Shown: positions 1-13,659 of the stretch, piece by piece
Layout of the letters: every line of letters starts with the position of its first letter
Numbering within the stretch: the stretch's first letter is position 1
Source of the DNA: Eledone cirrhosa
Lineage: Eukaryota
Assembly: GCA_964016885.1 (NCBI GenBank)
Contig: OZ024741.1
Span: 126,232,001-126,296,000, forward strand
Direction: 5' to 3'
Length of the DNA: 64,000 bases
Position numbers and translations under genes: made by a program
The notes under the pieces: model-generated
Databases searched by the model: none
Told to the model about the DNA's origin: nothing
Seen by the model: the letters and a program-made list of their open reading frames with translations, nothing else

Positions 1-262
1 TCTTCGCGGGGAATTTCTTTCCCAGGGCGCGTAGGGATACATCCTCTTCTACTGGCGCTGATTGGCTGAACTGAGCCAAATCACGCACAGAGAATGTATG
101 TGAGCCCGCGGAATGTAGGTCACTACAAACCCATACCACCACCTACACAGACATAAACAAAAACCAAACCTAAGCAAAAAAGAATGGAATGGTCTTAACA
201 GTCTAAAGAACGACAAAACCCTAACAATCAAAGAGGAGGATAAAGGGTGTGCAATAATCCTT

Positions 263-2121
263 ATGAGGACAGATTACTACACGACTCTAGTACTCTCAAC
301 TCTAGAAAACCATACATATTACGAAAAGGCCCAACACTACACACAACAGAAAATAATGAGAAACCTAAAATCCCTAATAACCCTTTACAAAGAAGGCCTT
401 ACCGACAAGGAATACAACTTCATCACAAATTTCAAAAGCAGAACCAGCCTCTTCTACGGTATCCCAAAGACACACAAAAGCGAAGTAATAGGCAGAGCCT
501 GCAAGTAAGCCACAGACATTTACATCAATATACCCCCTCCTGATGACCTTAAATTAAGACCCATAATAGAAGGTACCACATGTGAAACACACCACATAAG
601 CAACTCCCTAAATATTCTGCTTAAACCTTTCCTAAAACACATAAAAAGCTTCATAAGGGATGACCTTGACATGCTCAACCACCTCCCAACAACACTTAAT
701 AATGGACATACCCTACTAGTAACCTTTGATATCATCAATCTATATTCCAATATCCCACACAACCTAGGTATAGAGGCAATACAATTCTGGCTTGAAAATT
801 TCCCTAATGAACTTCCGCAGCGCATCCCTAAAGAATTTGTGTTGGAGGGACTCAAATTCATCTTGGAAAACAGCTTCTTCGAATTCAATGCCAAATACTA
901 CAGACAGAAATCTGGGACTGCCATGGGCACGAAAGTAGCCCCTCATACGCCAACCTTGTCATGGGATATTTGGAAACCACTCTCAACCGCAAAGTTCTAG
1001 ACAAATACAGTAACCACTTCTACCGACACATAGAAAAAAACTGGAAGAGATATCTGGACGACTGCTTCATCCTCTGGCATACAAGTATAGAAAGACTGAT
1101 TGAGTTTAAAACCCTTCTAAATGGACTCAACACAAACTTACAATTTACAATGGATTACAGCCATGAACAACTCCCTTTCCTCGACATCCTCATCAAGAAA
1201 ACAAACAACAAAATAGAAACAGACATATACTACAAACCCACAGCCTCCACACAATATCTTCCATTTAACTCGTGCCACCCTCGCTATACCAAAATTGCAA
1301 TTCCTTATAACCTAGCCAGAAGGAACTGCACAATAGTTTCAGATAAATACACATGCTACACACGACTAGAAGAATTAAAGAACGCACTTATCAGCAGAAA
1401 CTACCCACCTTCCCTAATCAACAATGGATTCCAACGTGCCCTAAAGCTCAACATCCAGGAACTCAGACACCCCAAACCCAGGAATGAACCGCAACAGAAA
1501 ACTCTACTACACATCTCCACACACAACCCCCTCAACAATGAGGCATTCGAGACCATCCTCCAGAACATTCCTTTACTAAAATGACACTCAAGAATGAACA
1601 AAATCCTCCAAACACACAACATCATAAACAGCAAAAGACAACCTAAATCCATAAAAAAACATCCTCACACAAGCCAAAATCCAATCAACCCTCACGATGA
1701 ACCCTACAGTAAAAATAATGCGGAAGGCCCAACTGTGGCATCTAATAGATAGTTCAACATACCATTTTAAACAAGGACAACATTTCACAGTTAAACACAA
1801 CTTTACATGTGCATCTGAAAACCTAATCTATGTTTTGACCTGCTCAGGTTGTCAAGAGCACTACATAGGACAGACAAAAAAAACAGCCTTCGACAACTTA
1901 TGACCGTCCATAGATCACAAATCAAAATACGGGAATACAGAAAATTTGCTTTTAGTGAACATATCGCCAATTGTACACCTAACCAACATCCAAACTTAAA
2001 AATTTTCTCCATTTACAAATTCATAGACAACGCCTCTTTCATCCATCGTACCAATAAGGAAACGTACTTCATTAACAAATTCCAACCTCTACTTAATGGA
2101 CTAAACTTCAGACTAAACTGA
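263..2121 (+). pseudogene. Frameshifted RT + GIY-YIG endonuclease polyprotein of the PLE
   Basis: ORFs 263-508, 671-1000, 961-1584, 1697-1903 and 1849-2121 are colinear pieces broken by stops and frameshifts. Confidence 0.88.
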
Positions 2122-2566
2122 AACTGGAACGAACAATGAACCAAAACCAAATCACTATGTTCTCTAAAGCGTTACTCCCTTACACCCTATCGAATCCTCT
2201 TTCTTATATAAATGAATTACCCCCTCTCATTTCTCTATCCCCTACCTGACCAGCCTGAATTATCTCCCCCTGCATATTAACTCTCTAAATAGGGAAATCA
2301 TATCAAACCCCAGACTACCATTTGCCTCCATCATGGATCAACTAAGCACTCTTGCCATAATAACACATTTTGAACTGCTTATCTTCAAGGACTATGTCTG
2401 TAAATAATATTATTTTTTTCTTACCCATTATCTTATCATGTTCCACATTACCCCCTTTTTTCTTTTTTCTTTTCACTTCAAAAACCTTGTTTGTAAACAT
2501 TATTCTTTCTTCACCATTTCCTTAACATGTTCAACATCCCCAACATTTTACACCAATACAAATTCC

Positions 2567-2602
2567 TCCCTTTGATAATGCATAAAATGCTGAAACCGGT
2601 AA
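2567..2602 (+). ncRNA. Degenerate minimal hammerhead ribozyme in the PLE 3' region (U3-A8 core)
   Basis: TTGATAA-T-GCA-taaaa-TGC-T-GAAA-CCGG-TA; palindromic ACCGGT stem III; stem I no longer pairs. Confidence 0.5.
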
Positions 2603-2794
2603 TAAACAATTATTAAATATATAAATAAATAAATACATGCCATTGTCAATTAATAAATAAATTAACTAATACCTAAACACTTCACACAAAATAAAATATT
2701 TTGTTTTAAACATTTTCTAACTCAGAAAAAAGAGAAAAAAGTAATCTGGAAAAAAAAATTTTTCTTCCTAATAATCGTCTTTTTATCCCTATTT

Positions 2795-2846
<52 letters not shown>

Positions 2847-3333
2847 ATATATGTATATATGTATATATATGTATGTATGTATATATGTATTGTATGTATG
2901 TGTATATATGTATATATATATGTGTGTATATATATATACATATATATACATACATACATAATAGATCAATTCATATCTAAATATTGTATAAAATTACCGT
3001 TATTTATTTCACGTCAAAATAAATAAAATCTGAAACGAGGAACGTCAAATGAACGGTGTTGAAGAAAATAACTAATAAAATGTAGCCTCAAGACACAACA
3101 AGCAATAATAATAAATATATTTATGTTGTACTTTGAGAGATGATTTCTGCTGCAAGGCATGAAACTTTAAAGATAAAACTGGTGTTAATAGATTATGACG
3201 AAAAAAGCAACACTGAATTTTACATGAAGTTTAAAAAAAGCACCACAAATATTCAACTTTAATACTTTCTGGCAATTGAACAAAATAGATAAGAGACGTT
3301 TATGGATAAGAGATTTTATTTTAAAAAAAAAAG

Positions 3334-3371
<38 letters not shown>

Positions 3372-3527
3372 CAATATACAGAGGGGAAAGACACAGAAGA
3401 GTGTGTTTTTCTTTACAGGAATTTCAAACCACCAGCGTGAGGAGAATATAAGCTAATAGAGGAATAGGAAAAACATTAAAATTAAAAATATAAATTAAAA
3501 TGAAAAACCAACCTCATACCTAGGTCA

Positions 3528-3605
3528 CACATATACACACTCACCAGGAGAATGTTTCGCTATTTAAGTGGGTTCCAATTCGGCCCTGAGGGTCATCAGT
3601 ATGTG
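3528..3605 (-). ncRNA. Type I hammerhead ribozyme
   Basis: Reverse complement reads CACATA-CTGATGA-...-GC-GAAA-CATTC...GTGTGTA-TATGTG; stem I CACATA/TATGTG; GUA cleavage triplet. Confidence 0.7.
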
Positions 3606-4111
3606 GAAGGCCGATATTGTCCGCACTACTAGAGAGAACTAAAGAAAACTACCTGTCGCACGTGTAGATATGAGGGAAATGTGTGCGCGAGGCAGTAACC
3701 GGTGGCATGAACAGAACAAGCTGCTAGAGATGGCAGCCTATACTATTCAATTTATGGTGCTCAACAGAAGAGAGAGCGCAAGGAGCAAATATCAAGTAAA
3801 ATAACGGAGCAAAGGACTCGCGTATAATCCTGTAATGAAATGAGCTCAAAGGAAAGAGTTTTGCTGAGCACTTTAAAATACAATATATAGAGGGGAAAGA
3901 CACAGAAGAGTGTGTTTTTCTTTACAGGAATTTCAAACCACCAGCGTGAAGAGAATATAAGCTACTAGAGGAATAGGAAAAACATTAAAATTAAAAGTAT
4001 AAATTAATGAATAGTATAGGCTGCCATCTCTAGCACATTTTCCTCATATCTACACGTGCGAAAGGAAGTTTACTTTAGTTCTCTCTAGTAGTGCGGACAA
4101 TATCGGCCTTC

Positions 4112-4189
4112 CACATACTGATGACCCTCAGGGCCGTATTGGAACCCACTTAAATGGCGAAACATTCTCCTGGTGAGTGTGTACATGTG
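4112..4189 (+). ncRNA. Type I hammerhead ribozyme (inverted copy)
   Basis: CTGATGA at 4118-4124 and GAAAC at 4159; same family as 3528-3605. Confidence 0.65.
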
Positions 4190-4415
4190 TGACCTAGGTA
4201 TGAGGTTGGTTTCTCATTTTAATTTATACTTTTAATTTTAATGTTTTTCTTATTCCTTTATTCTCTTCACGCTGGTGGTTTGAAATTCCTGTAAAGAAAA
4301 ACACTCTTCTGTGTCTTTCTCCTCTATATATTGTATTTTAAAGTGCCCAGGAAAACTCTTTCCTTTGAGCTCATTTAATTACAGGATTATACGCGAGTCC
4401 TTTGCTACGTTATGT

Positions 4416-4451
<36 letters not shown>

Positions 4452-4461
4452 AGCATTTTAA

Positions 4462-4585
4462 AGGGTCCGTCGAGCTGCCGATTATTGAGTCGGGTAAGAT
4501 CGATACAGCTGATCAGTGGCGAAACACGCGTCACCTACCAATAAATGCAATGAAGGAGTAACCAATCGTCCTTGTTATCCTTTCA
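4462..4585 (+). mobile_element. Short (TA)-inserted element with a variant hammerhead motif; homologous to 22612-22745
   Basis: GGT-CCGTCGA-GCT...GGC-GAAAC-ACGC-GTC-ACC. Downstream CCAATAAA..AATGAAGGAGTAACCA is shared with 22700-22727. Confidence 0.55.
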
Positions 4586-4765
4586 ATATATATATATATA
4601 TACATAATTACATAAGCGGAGAAAGCTATTAGCTATACTCCGACCAATTTCCCACTCACTCAACAAACATTAGGAAATACCGGAGTATATTCCCAATTAA
4701 ACGTTTGGGGTGCTAACTATATTGTATTGTGTGGATAATTGGTTGTATTATTTTATATGAGATAT

Positions 4766-4952
4766 GAGGGCGGTGGATTGGCAGTATCGGTAGAGGGTCG
4801 GACGCCATGCTTTCCAGCATAGTTACGTCCCTTTACGATCTGAGTTCAAATCCCGCCGAGGTTGATTTTGCCTTTCATCCTTACGGGGTCGATAAAATAA
4901 AGTACCAGTAATGCATTGGGTGATTCCTGGCCTTGTGCCTAAAGTAGAAACA
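4766..4952 (+). mobile_element. tRNA-derived SINE, family A, full length with target-site duplication (TSD)
   Basis: A box TGGCAGTATCGG, B box GAGTTCAAATCC, body GCCTTTCATCCTTACGGGGTCGATAAAATAAAGTACCAG; 19-bp TSD ATTATTTTATATGAGATAT at 4747-4765 and 4953-4971. Confidence 0.9.
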
Positions 4953-5421
4953 ATTATTTTATATGAGATATATTAAATAATTCATTTCCCATACGAATCG
5001 TTTCGTTATAAGATTTCTACATGGTGGGTGAAATTATACCAAGTTATGTAGAAGCTTGTGTAAGATCAATGGATTCTTATGCAAGTGGAGTCTTATAAAT
5101 CTTCAGTGGGTGCCCAATAATATTAATATTAATAACTAAATCAATATCAATATTTAGCGATAATCAACATCAGTGCTAGAAGGAACTGTTAGGTTGTAAG
5201 TCCAGCAGTTCTAAAGAAAATCTCACACTGTCCCAAAAATGGGGGGAGGAGGCTACCGCCAAAAAGTAATATACACGCAGGTCATTGAACTCTGACAAGA
5301 ATTCAAGCCTCGTGCGAAGAACTCAATTGGGATATGAAAAAATAAATATATGTGTGCACTGTTTAAGGACACATAGAGATATTTTCTCAGGCAAAATAAC
5401 AGATATGAGATACAGGAACAC

Positions 5422-5453
<32 letters not shown>

Positions 5454-5842
5454 GTATGTATATATATTATATATATACACAAAATTTAGTACAGCATCAT
5501 CGAAGCTCAGGTTGCGGCCAAGCTAACGAATGCAGTCGAGGTGTGCAGCTAAGCATTCAATAAGGTATATTACCTTAGAGTTATAACATTACGTTTAGAC
5601 AGCTTTGCAAATTGAAGACAACGACCGATAGACGAGCCGCAGTGACCAAAGCGACGAAAAAAACTGAACCAGGAAAATCTGACTAACCTGGACCATCGCG
5701 TCGATACCACATATAACACATAACATATGACATATAATATATAATATACATCACATATAACATATAATATCTCCGCTAGGTTTCTGTAAATCCGAAATCG
5801 ACAAAATCCACTTGCAGGGGCCATATGTATGTATATATATAC

Positions 5843-5890
<48 letters not shown>

Positions 5891-6021
5891 GTGAGGTTTT
5901 TTTTTACAAAATGAAAAATAACCGAGGTGTCCTACACGAGTGGAAGTATAAAGAAAAAGAGATGAAATCGAAAATGCAACTGAAGTTTTATCTTTTTTTA
6001 AATATATATATTTATTTGGTT

Positions 6022-6059
6022 CCTTTACCGGTTTCGCAGTTCTTCTGCTTTTCAAAAGG
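6022..6059 (-). ncRNA. Minimal type I hammerhead ribozyme, U3-A8 variant
   Basis: Reverse complement reads CCTT-TTGAAAA-GCAG-aagaa-CTGC-GAAA-CCGG-TA-AAGG. Stems I and II pair fully; stem III is the palindrome ACCGGT. Confidence 0.8.
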
Positions 6060-6106
6060 TGAGTTGAGATGGAGGGTCTGTGGTTTTTCTCACATCTGGT
6101 TGGTCT

Positions 6107-6177
6107 CTAAAAAAAAAATTTACTGGTTAATAGCTAGACTCTGAAGATTAATACAAATATAAATTAGCGAGAATCGC

Positions 6178-6235
<58 letters not shown>

Positions 6236-6308
6236 GCGATTCTCGCTAATTTATATTTGTATTAATCTTCAGAGTCTAGCTATTAACCAGTAAATTTTTT
6301 TTTTTTAG
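6107..6308. repeat. ~74-bp inverted repeat flanking a (TA)n tract
   Basis: 6107-6180 is the reverse complement of 6233-6308; the spacer is pure (TA)n. Confidence 0.9.
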
Positions 6309-6834
6309 TTAATTCTATTGACTGATTAACTATTCTGTCTTAATTCGTTTTGTGATATTTTGCAATTTTCCAATAACCACACATACTGAATTCATCCGCC
6401 AAAGCTAGGGGTTCTCTCCCTTCTGACTCCGCACGTGGGTTCAGATAACGGTCAGTTCCTTAGCTTTGCATAGAACTAAATGCCTGTTGAAAAAGTGACT
6501 TCCTTGTTCGATCATCATACTAAAAGCTTAACATTTTTTGTTTAAGCACACAGTACCTGATTTAGGAGTTGCAGAAACCCCATATTGGATTTTACCACCG
6601 TTTCCAGAAGGGCCGTGTATATTCTTCAAACATATTTTATTATTTGTTTGAGCCGAATAGCTTGTTCGCTTCTATGGCTTTGCGGTTAATGGTTTAACCA
6701 TCGCCTCAGTGTGTTTGGCCTTTTAACGTATGTTTTTGCTCTAGTTCACTCGTTTCTATGGAGCGCTTTCCACACATTTCGGAAGTTATTTTTCGCTAAT
6801 TTCCAATAGCCTAAATGCGACTCTCGCTAATTTA

Positions 6835-7402
<568 letters not shown>

Positions 7403-7508
7403 GATTCCAGTTCCTCAGTGAAACAACAACCCAACCAGGAATATCAGAGTATTGACAAAGTTAAACACCTCAACAACATGTGTACTCGTCTCTACCACAC
7501 TAATTCAG

Positions 7509-7563
7509 ACTGCCTGAAGAGGTCACACCCAAAGATGGATGTCACCGAAATATATATAGCCGT
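7509..7563 (+). ncRNA. Type I hammerhead ribozyme motif
   Basis: GC-CTGAAGA-GGT...ACC-GAAA-TATATA-TA-GC, followed by AATAAA; lies between TA tracts. Confidence 0.6.
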
Positions 7564-7632
7564 AATAAACGAAGCCAAATTTTAAACATTTGACTTATTT
7601 ATTTTATTTTATTATATATATATATATATATA

Positions 7633-7664
<32 letters not shown>

Positions 7665-7863
7665 TTATATGCGTGTGTATATATATGTATATATATGTAT
7701 ATATATATATATATGTATACATATATATGTATATATATATATATATGTATATATATATGTATATATATATATATGTATATATATTCTCATCTCGGGAACA
7801 ATTTTGAATAGCGCCAGTTCGTAATTCCAACTCGGAAATTTTATATTCTCTGAGTGAAAAGAC

Positions 7864-7948
7864 CCTTCTGACGAGAGTTTATCTTTTCAATGGAGGCCCG
7901 CAAGGACTATCCATTTATTTTTGAGACTCGAAACCGTTTCGGTAAAGG
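7864..7948 (+). ncRNA. Type I hammerhead ribozyme with expanded stem II
   Basis: CCTT-CTGACGA-GAGT...ACTC-GAAA-CCG-ttt-CGG-TA-AAGG; all three stems pair and the core is canonical. Confidence 0.85.
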
Positions 7949-8428
7949 TAACCATAGTAAGTACAGTGAATTTTTTGAAATATATTTTGAAACTTTTTCT
8001 TATTTGCTAAAACTTGATTATATATATATGTATATATATATATATATGTGTATATATATGTGTGTATATATATATGTATAATCTCTCGTCCATGATTTCA
8101 CCAAGCTTAAGCTTATAAATATCATGTACTTGTCTCTTCCTACCTTTCTGTTGCAATACCATCTTTGTTTGTTTACATGTCTCGCTCGCTTCACCCTATT
8201 TTACCTGTCCCAATAACTTTATTATTTAGTTATTGCTCGCACCAACCAGAGGTATATGATATTTAAAGCGATGAAATACTTACGAAGGTTGGAAGATCAC
8301 TGTTGAAGGACTAATTTTATTCATATGTAACCCATGTGCAACCACGCAGCACTCCATTTTTCTTATATTTATATATATGTATGTATGTATATATATGTAT
8401 ATATGTGTATATATATGTATATATGTAT

Positions 8429-8463
<35 letters not shown>

Positions 8464-8544
8464 CATATATGTATGTGTGTGTGCGCATCTCTCTCTCTCT
8501 CTCATATATATATTTTTTATTCTAGTCGATCGACTTTCGTCAAA

Positions 8545-8740
8545 TCGGACCGAGGAAACTATGTTTCCGTTGGTCTTTCCAATTGCTAATACTATCTATC
8601 GGTCGCAACTCCAGGTAGAAGGAGCAACGTGAAATAAAGTGTCTTGCTCAAGGACATAACGCATCGCCTGGTTCAGGAATCGAACTCACAACCTCACGAT
8701 TGTGAATCCAATACTCTAACCACTCAGCCACACGCCTTCA
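8545..8740 (-). mobile_element. tRNA-derived CORE-like SINE, family B
   Basis: Reverse complement: GTGGCTGAGTGGTTAGAG (A box), GAGTTCGATTCC (B box), GTCCTTGAGCAAGACACTTTATTTCAC (CORE-like). Confidence 0.8.
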
Positions 8741-8741
8741 C

Positions 8742-8750
8742 TATATATAT

Positions 8751-8793
<43 letters not shown>

Positions 8794-8888
8794 TATATAT
8801 ATATAATATAATATATATATATATATATAATATATATAATATATAATATATATATAATATTTATATATATATAATATAATATATATAT

Positions 8889-8972
<84 letters not shown>

Positions 8973-8983
8973 ATATAATATAT

Positions 8984-9015
<32 letters not shown>

Positions 9016-9251
9016 ATATATATATATATATATAATATATATATATAATATATATAATATATATAATATTATATATATAATATATTATATAATATATATA
9101 TATATATATATATAATATTATATATATAATATATATATAATATATATATATAATATATATATTATAATATATATATATAATATTATATATATAATATATA
9201 TATATAATATATATATATAATATATATATAATATATATATAATATATATAT

Positions 9252-9282
<31 letters not shown>

Positions 9283-9286
9283 ATAT

Positions 9287-9352
<66 letters not shown>
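8742..9352. repeat. Long imperfect (TA)n/(TAA) microsatellite
   Basis: About 610 bp of almost pure A/T. Confidence 0.97.
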
Positions 9353-9354
<2 letters not shown>

Positions 9355-9687
9355 TACCGATAGAAATGACTTCTACATGACTAGAATTATTTCACTCGTT
9401 TAAAAATTACCATGATTTAAACTAATGAAACAGTGATATAGGTGTTATTTCTATCTGAAACAAATAATGTACATTCACTAGTTAATGTATTGGCTACTTT
9501 ATTTAACCCTGATCACTAGTTATTCATCTATAGAAACCAATCTCTCTCTCTCCCATTATATATATATATTTATATATATATGTAAGTTTGCACGCGAGAA
9601 GTTAACTTATAAACAACACAGCAAAACGATACAGTACGATGAAGATATATATTAGTTCAACGCTCTCTTGATCTAGTAGGAACAATG

Positions 9688-9723
9688 TCTTAACAATTCG
9701 GGCGTTAGCCTTTCATCAGAAGA
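9688..9723 (-). ncRNA. Degenerate minimal hammerhead motif
   Basis: Reverse complement reads TCTT-CTGATGA-AA-GGC-taac-GCC-C-GAAT-TG-TT-AAGA; GAAA is mutated. Confidence 0.55.
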
Positions 9724-9788
9724 TAGAATAATAAATAAAAAGAACTAGAAAGATAAACGAGAGGAAGAAAAGGATATATATATATATA

Positions 9789-10683
9789 CGAGGTGTGTCA
9801 GAAAAGTTCCAGGACTGATGTCACAAGATTTATTTCAAACCCAAACTTCACACTAAGAGTTTTTTCCTTCAAAGTAATCCGCCTGGAGTCTAATGCACTT
9901 TTCCATCCTTTTTTGCCACGTTTGCATGCACTCCTGGAAGGATTCTTCCGGGATCCTCCACATTTCCGTCGTCACGGCCTTTTTGATGTCGTCCACATCT
10001 TCAAAACGGGCCCCCTCCGGGTCGTACTCGAAGATCCATGACTCATCACCGGTGATGACTGTCCCTAGCAAGTTCGGTTTCAAGACGCTCGAGGATGTCC
10101 TGGCACACTTGCATGCGTCGACCCTTCTGGTCATCGTTCAGCAGTTTTGGCACCATCTTCGCGCAGACTTTCCGCATGTCCAAATCTTCAGTGAGAATCT
10201 TCCAGACGCTGTCCCGATTCATGCCCAGCTCGCTTGCCATCAGTCGAACAGCCAGCCGACGATCGCTTCGCACCATCTACCTGACGCACCATCTGCCTGA
10301 CGCGCTCAACGTTGACCTCAGTCCTAGTTGTTGAGGGCCTTCCGCTCCTGGGGTAATCTTGCACCACTCAAAAACACGTGAGCGTGACATCGTCTCATCT
10401 CCATACACTTGCTGCAGCAATCTCAGTGCTTCTGACGGAGTTTTCCCCAACCGCACTAGAAACTTCAAGTTTGTTCGTTGCTCTGTGCTCATTGCTTGAC
10501 GACCTGAAACAGAGGACATGTATATAAAATTATGAAGAAAAAAGTTTGATCGCTACAGAGAGCTAAGATTACAGTTACATACTCCAGGGGGGTTACTTTG
10601 AAGGAGAAAACTCTTAGTGTGAAGTTTGGGTTTGAAATAAATCTTTTGTGACAATAGTCCTGGAACTTTTCTGACACACCTCG
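9789..10683 (-). mobile_element. Internally deleted mariner transposon with ~90-bp terminal inverted repeats (TIRs), inserted in (TA)n
   Basis: TIR CGAGGTGTGTCAGAAAAGTTCCAGGACT at both ends with TA flanks. Transposase pieces: EQRTNLKFLVRLGKT..SRSRVFEW, RKVCAKMVPKLL, ITGDESWIFEYDPE, EKCIRLQADYFEG. Confidence 0.93.
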
Positions 10684-10758
10684 TATATATATATATATAT
10701 ACATATATATTTTCAGCCCCATGGATTGTGTCTATTATATTCCTTTGTTAAATTTCGA

Positions 10759-10816
10759 ATACCTGATGATGTCACCGGATTCATTCTGAACCCGATCATT
10801 GAAATGTTCATAGTAT
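10759..10816 (+). ncRNA. Type I hammerhead ribozyme motif
   Basis: ATAC-CTGATGA-TG...CATT-GAAA-TG-tt-CA-TA-GTAT; stem I ATAC/GTAT. Confidence 0.65.
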
Positions 10817-11277
10817 AATAAACCTTTAAGGAATTACACCAGCCCAGCCTCCTGTTATTGTATAATAATTAACTCCGTACTCGTACCACCAACAACACAA
10901 ACGAAGACGGGTGAGTTGCATTACGTCGAGTGCTCTCCCTAATATTACATCAAGGTTGACTATACAGAATGACCAGTTCTATCCAGTGGTGAACCAACAA
11001 ACTTAAATGAATATATATATATATACATAAATCTAATGCATTTGCAATATCATTAGATTTGCTACTAAGCGGCATATATCCGCACACAAATGAAACTTAG
11101 CTACTGGATTTTCCGGTGTATATAACAATATTTTATACATATTCATTTGATATAAAAATCTGGTCGCGTCTCATAAGTCGAAGGTATAAATATAATATAT
11201 AGGCTAAGTTTTTCCTCCAAACCTTCTTCAGTAAGAGTATGTCTTATATATCTAAAATACATTATTTCATTTGATTT

Positions 11278-11395
11278 ACGGACTGAGTTCAAATCCCGCC
11301 AAGGTTAACTTTGCCTTTCATATTTACGGGGTCGATAAAATAAATACCAGTAATACACTGGGATAATTGCTGGCCTTGTGCCAAAAGTAGAAACA
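11278..11395 (+). mobile_element. 5'-truncated SINE family A with TSD
   Basis: B box and body present; ATTATTTCATTTGATTT duplicated on both sides. Confidence 0.85.
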
Positions 11396-11826
11396 ATTAT
11401 TTCATTTGATTTGTTGATATTGATGACCCAGGAGACAATGATTGAACAGTAGCTGATTTTTGTCGTTTGATCTTTCCGATATCGATGATATATTAATAAG
11501 CATGTTATGATGAAGAGGTTAATCTCCTAGGCACATCCTTCTACAAGTAAATAGCCTTGTGCCACTATAAACAAATTAGTATTTGGAGCTGCTCTAATCA
11601 ATAACTATTTCGTCTCGGCAAACCATTTCGTTTTTATTCAAAGGAAATCGATATTGATTTGACGGTCTTTTCGACGTATGTTTCTTCTCAATGGATTTAG
11701 CCGGCAAATTGATAGATTTGTTAGTGTGGGATTAAATATTTCGGTATTTCTTCCGGCTCTTTGCGTACCAAGTTCAAATCCCTCAAGATGTCAACTCTGC
11801 TTTTCATCCTTGAGGGGTGGATATAT

Positions 11827-13188
11827 CTAAGGCGGGTAAAATTGCCGAGATCCATGGACGAGTTCTCTCCAGCGGTCTCTGTCCCTCATTATCGCTGCCA
11901 TGTCCTGCATCTCCAACAGACCAGTGTCTGTCCTTAGGGCATCAACATACGTTAACCTTGGTCTTCCTTTTCTAGTGTGTCCATGTAGGGGCTCCCAAAG
12001 GAGCACTGAGTGCAATGTCAACTCTGGATGTCGGTGAGCATGTCCAGCCAACCTCAGTCTCCTCTGTGTCACTTTTGAGCTGACTTTTGGGATGCTCCCA
12101 TACAGCTCTGAGTTTTTCATCCTCAGTGTATACTGATTAATGTTCAGAGCCATCCTCAGCATTCTCGTGTAGCACCTATCCACCATCTGAGTGAGTTTCT
12201 TGGTCAGTGTCCAAGTCTCAGACCCATACAGCAGCACAGACTCCACTACAGCAATGGAGAGGCGGATTTTCAGGTCTCTACGAAGGTCCGACTTCCACAC
12301 CGATCTCAAGCTGTGGCACGCCGCCCAGGCCTTGCTCTTCCTCTCAACCACATCATCTTCCGTATTCCCAATCTTTGTTCCCAAATACAGGAAGTCCTCA
12401 ACCAATTCCAGCGGCTTCCCGCCTACATTAGTGATACCCTCTGGCTTCTCAACATTCTCTACCAGATATTTTGTTTTAGTCTCATTCATTCTCAGCCCCA
12501 CACTCATCGACACAGTCTCAACCTCCCGCATCAAATCCTCTGCCTCCTTCACTGTATTTGTCACCAAAACTATGTCGTCGGCAAATTCAGCATCCGATAC
12601 CTTTTTCGCCCTAACTCTCCTGCTCTGAGCCGGTGCTACAGTAAAGCCAGAGTCCTGGTGTTTCTCCAGTGCAAGGCGCATACAATAGTTCACTACGATG
12701 ATAAAAAGGTAGGGAGCCAATGTATCTCCCTGGAGCACTCTAGCCAGTATCTCAAAGAACTCTGTCATCCCATTAGGTGTAATGACTTGGGCTTTGGTGT
12801 TGGTGTAGAGCAGTGATATCAGGTCCACTATCTTCTTGGGGATTCCATAAGCCTGTAAGATCTTCATCAGGCAGTAACGGTCCACAGAATCAAAGGCCTT
12901 CCTAAAGTCAATGAAAACTATGACCGCAGGAAGGCAGTTTGCTCTAGCTCCCTCTAATATCCTCCTCAGCATCAGGATGTGACTGGTGGTTGATCTACCC
13001 TCTCTGAAGCCGTTCTGGTTGTCCCTGAGCTTCTTCTCCATCTCAGGCTGGATCCTGTTAAGAATCATCCTGTTGAGAGTCTTTGCCACAAGTGACGTCA
13101 GTGAGATCCCCCGGTAGTTATTGCTGTTAGAGAGATCTCCCTTCTTTGGCACTGGGACGATGTTACTGATCCTCCACTGATTCGGGGC
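11827..13188 (-). mobile_element. 5'-truncated RTE-type LINE, open RT and C-terminal ORF (441 aa)
   Basis: PKKGDLSNSNNYRGISL, QNGFREGRST, FIDFRKAFDSV, LQGDTLAPYLF, FADD, LLYGSETW, GRPRLTY. Confidence 0.93.
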
Positions 13189-13659
13189 AACTCAGAATAT
13201 GTGTGTGTGTGTGTGTGTGCGTGTGCGTGTGCGTGTGCGTGTGCGTGTTGGTTGGAGCACTCAACGAAATGAGCAGGTGAGTCTGTTTACTCCGGAGTAA
13301 CTCAACAGGTTAAAATGAATTTCGTTTATTCATATTCACTGCAATACATATTTCGATGATAACCATTGTTCAACAGCTATGACCTGATCAGGCAGCTAGA
13401 ACTTTAACAGAAAAAACAGAAAAACATAATGGTGGGGCATATCCCCGTTTATCTTTTAAACGTTAATCTGTCTAAGCATAATCACATTTATTTTGCTATG
13501 TTACTTTTTTTATTACATTAATTTAATGTAACATGAAAAAGAAAAAAAAATACAGTTTATAAAGCGGTTGAATTAAGAAGCGTTGAAAAAATTTGAAATT
13601 TCAAATATGTGCGTCATAATGCAAATGGCCTAATAGTCTATACGTATAATTGTTTCGAC

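Larger units (their letters stand above)
130..2798 (+). mobile_element. Penelope-like retroelement (Neptune-like), 5'-truncated and degraded, with 3' UTR ending at a (TA)n tract
   Basis: Consecutive ORF pieces give PLE RT motifs (LLVTFDIINLYSNI, GTAMGTKVAP, WKRYLDDCFILW, LPFLDI, YLPFNSCHP). An alternate frame at ~1718 reads CGRPNCGI (Neptune-type Cys linker). A GIY-YIG follows (NLIYVLTCSGCQEHYIGQT) with downstream His residues (CCHH). Confidence 0.9.
3368..4418. mobile_element. Non-coding hammerhead-bearing element (retrozyme / non-autonomous PLE-like): ~509-nt monomer plus partial tandem on the minus strand, then an inverted copy
   Basis: 3368-3495 recurs at ~3877-4006 (offset 509). 4009-4418 is the reverse complement of the unit with an internal deletion. 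Both ends abut (TA)n. Confidence 0.8.

Noticed and set aside
4773-4860. tRNA-like A/B boxes
   Set aside because: SINE heads, always attached to the same body; no cloverleaf.
11160-11237. Possible hammerheads at 11160-11237 (-) and ~37460-37490 (+)
   Set aside because: Core nucleotides are altered (GAGA; CAGAAGA) and stem I is not convincing.
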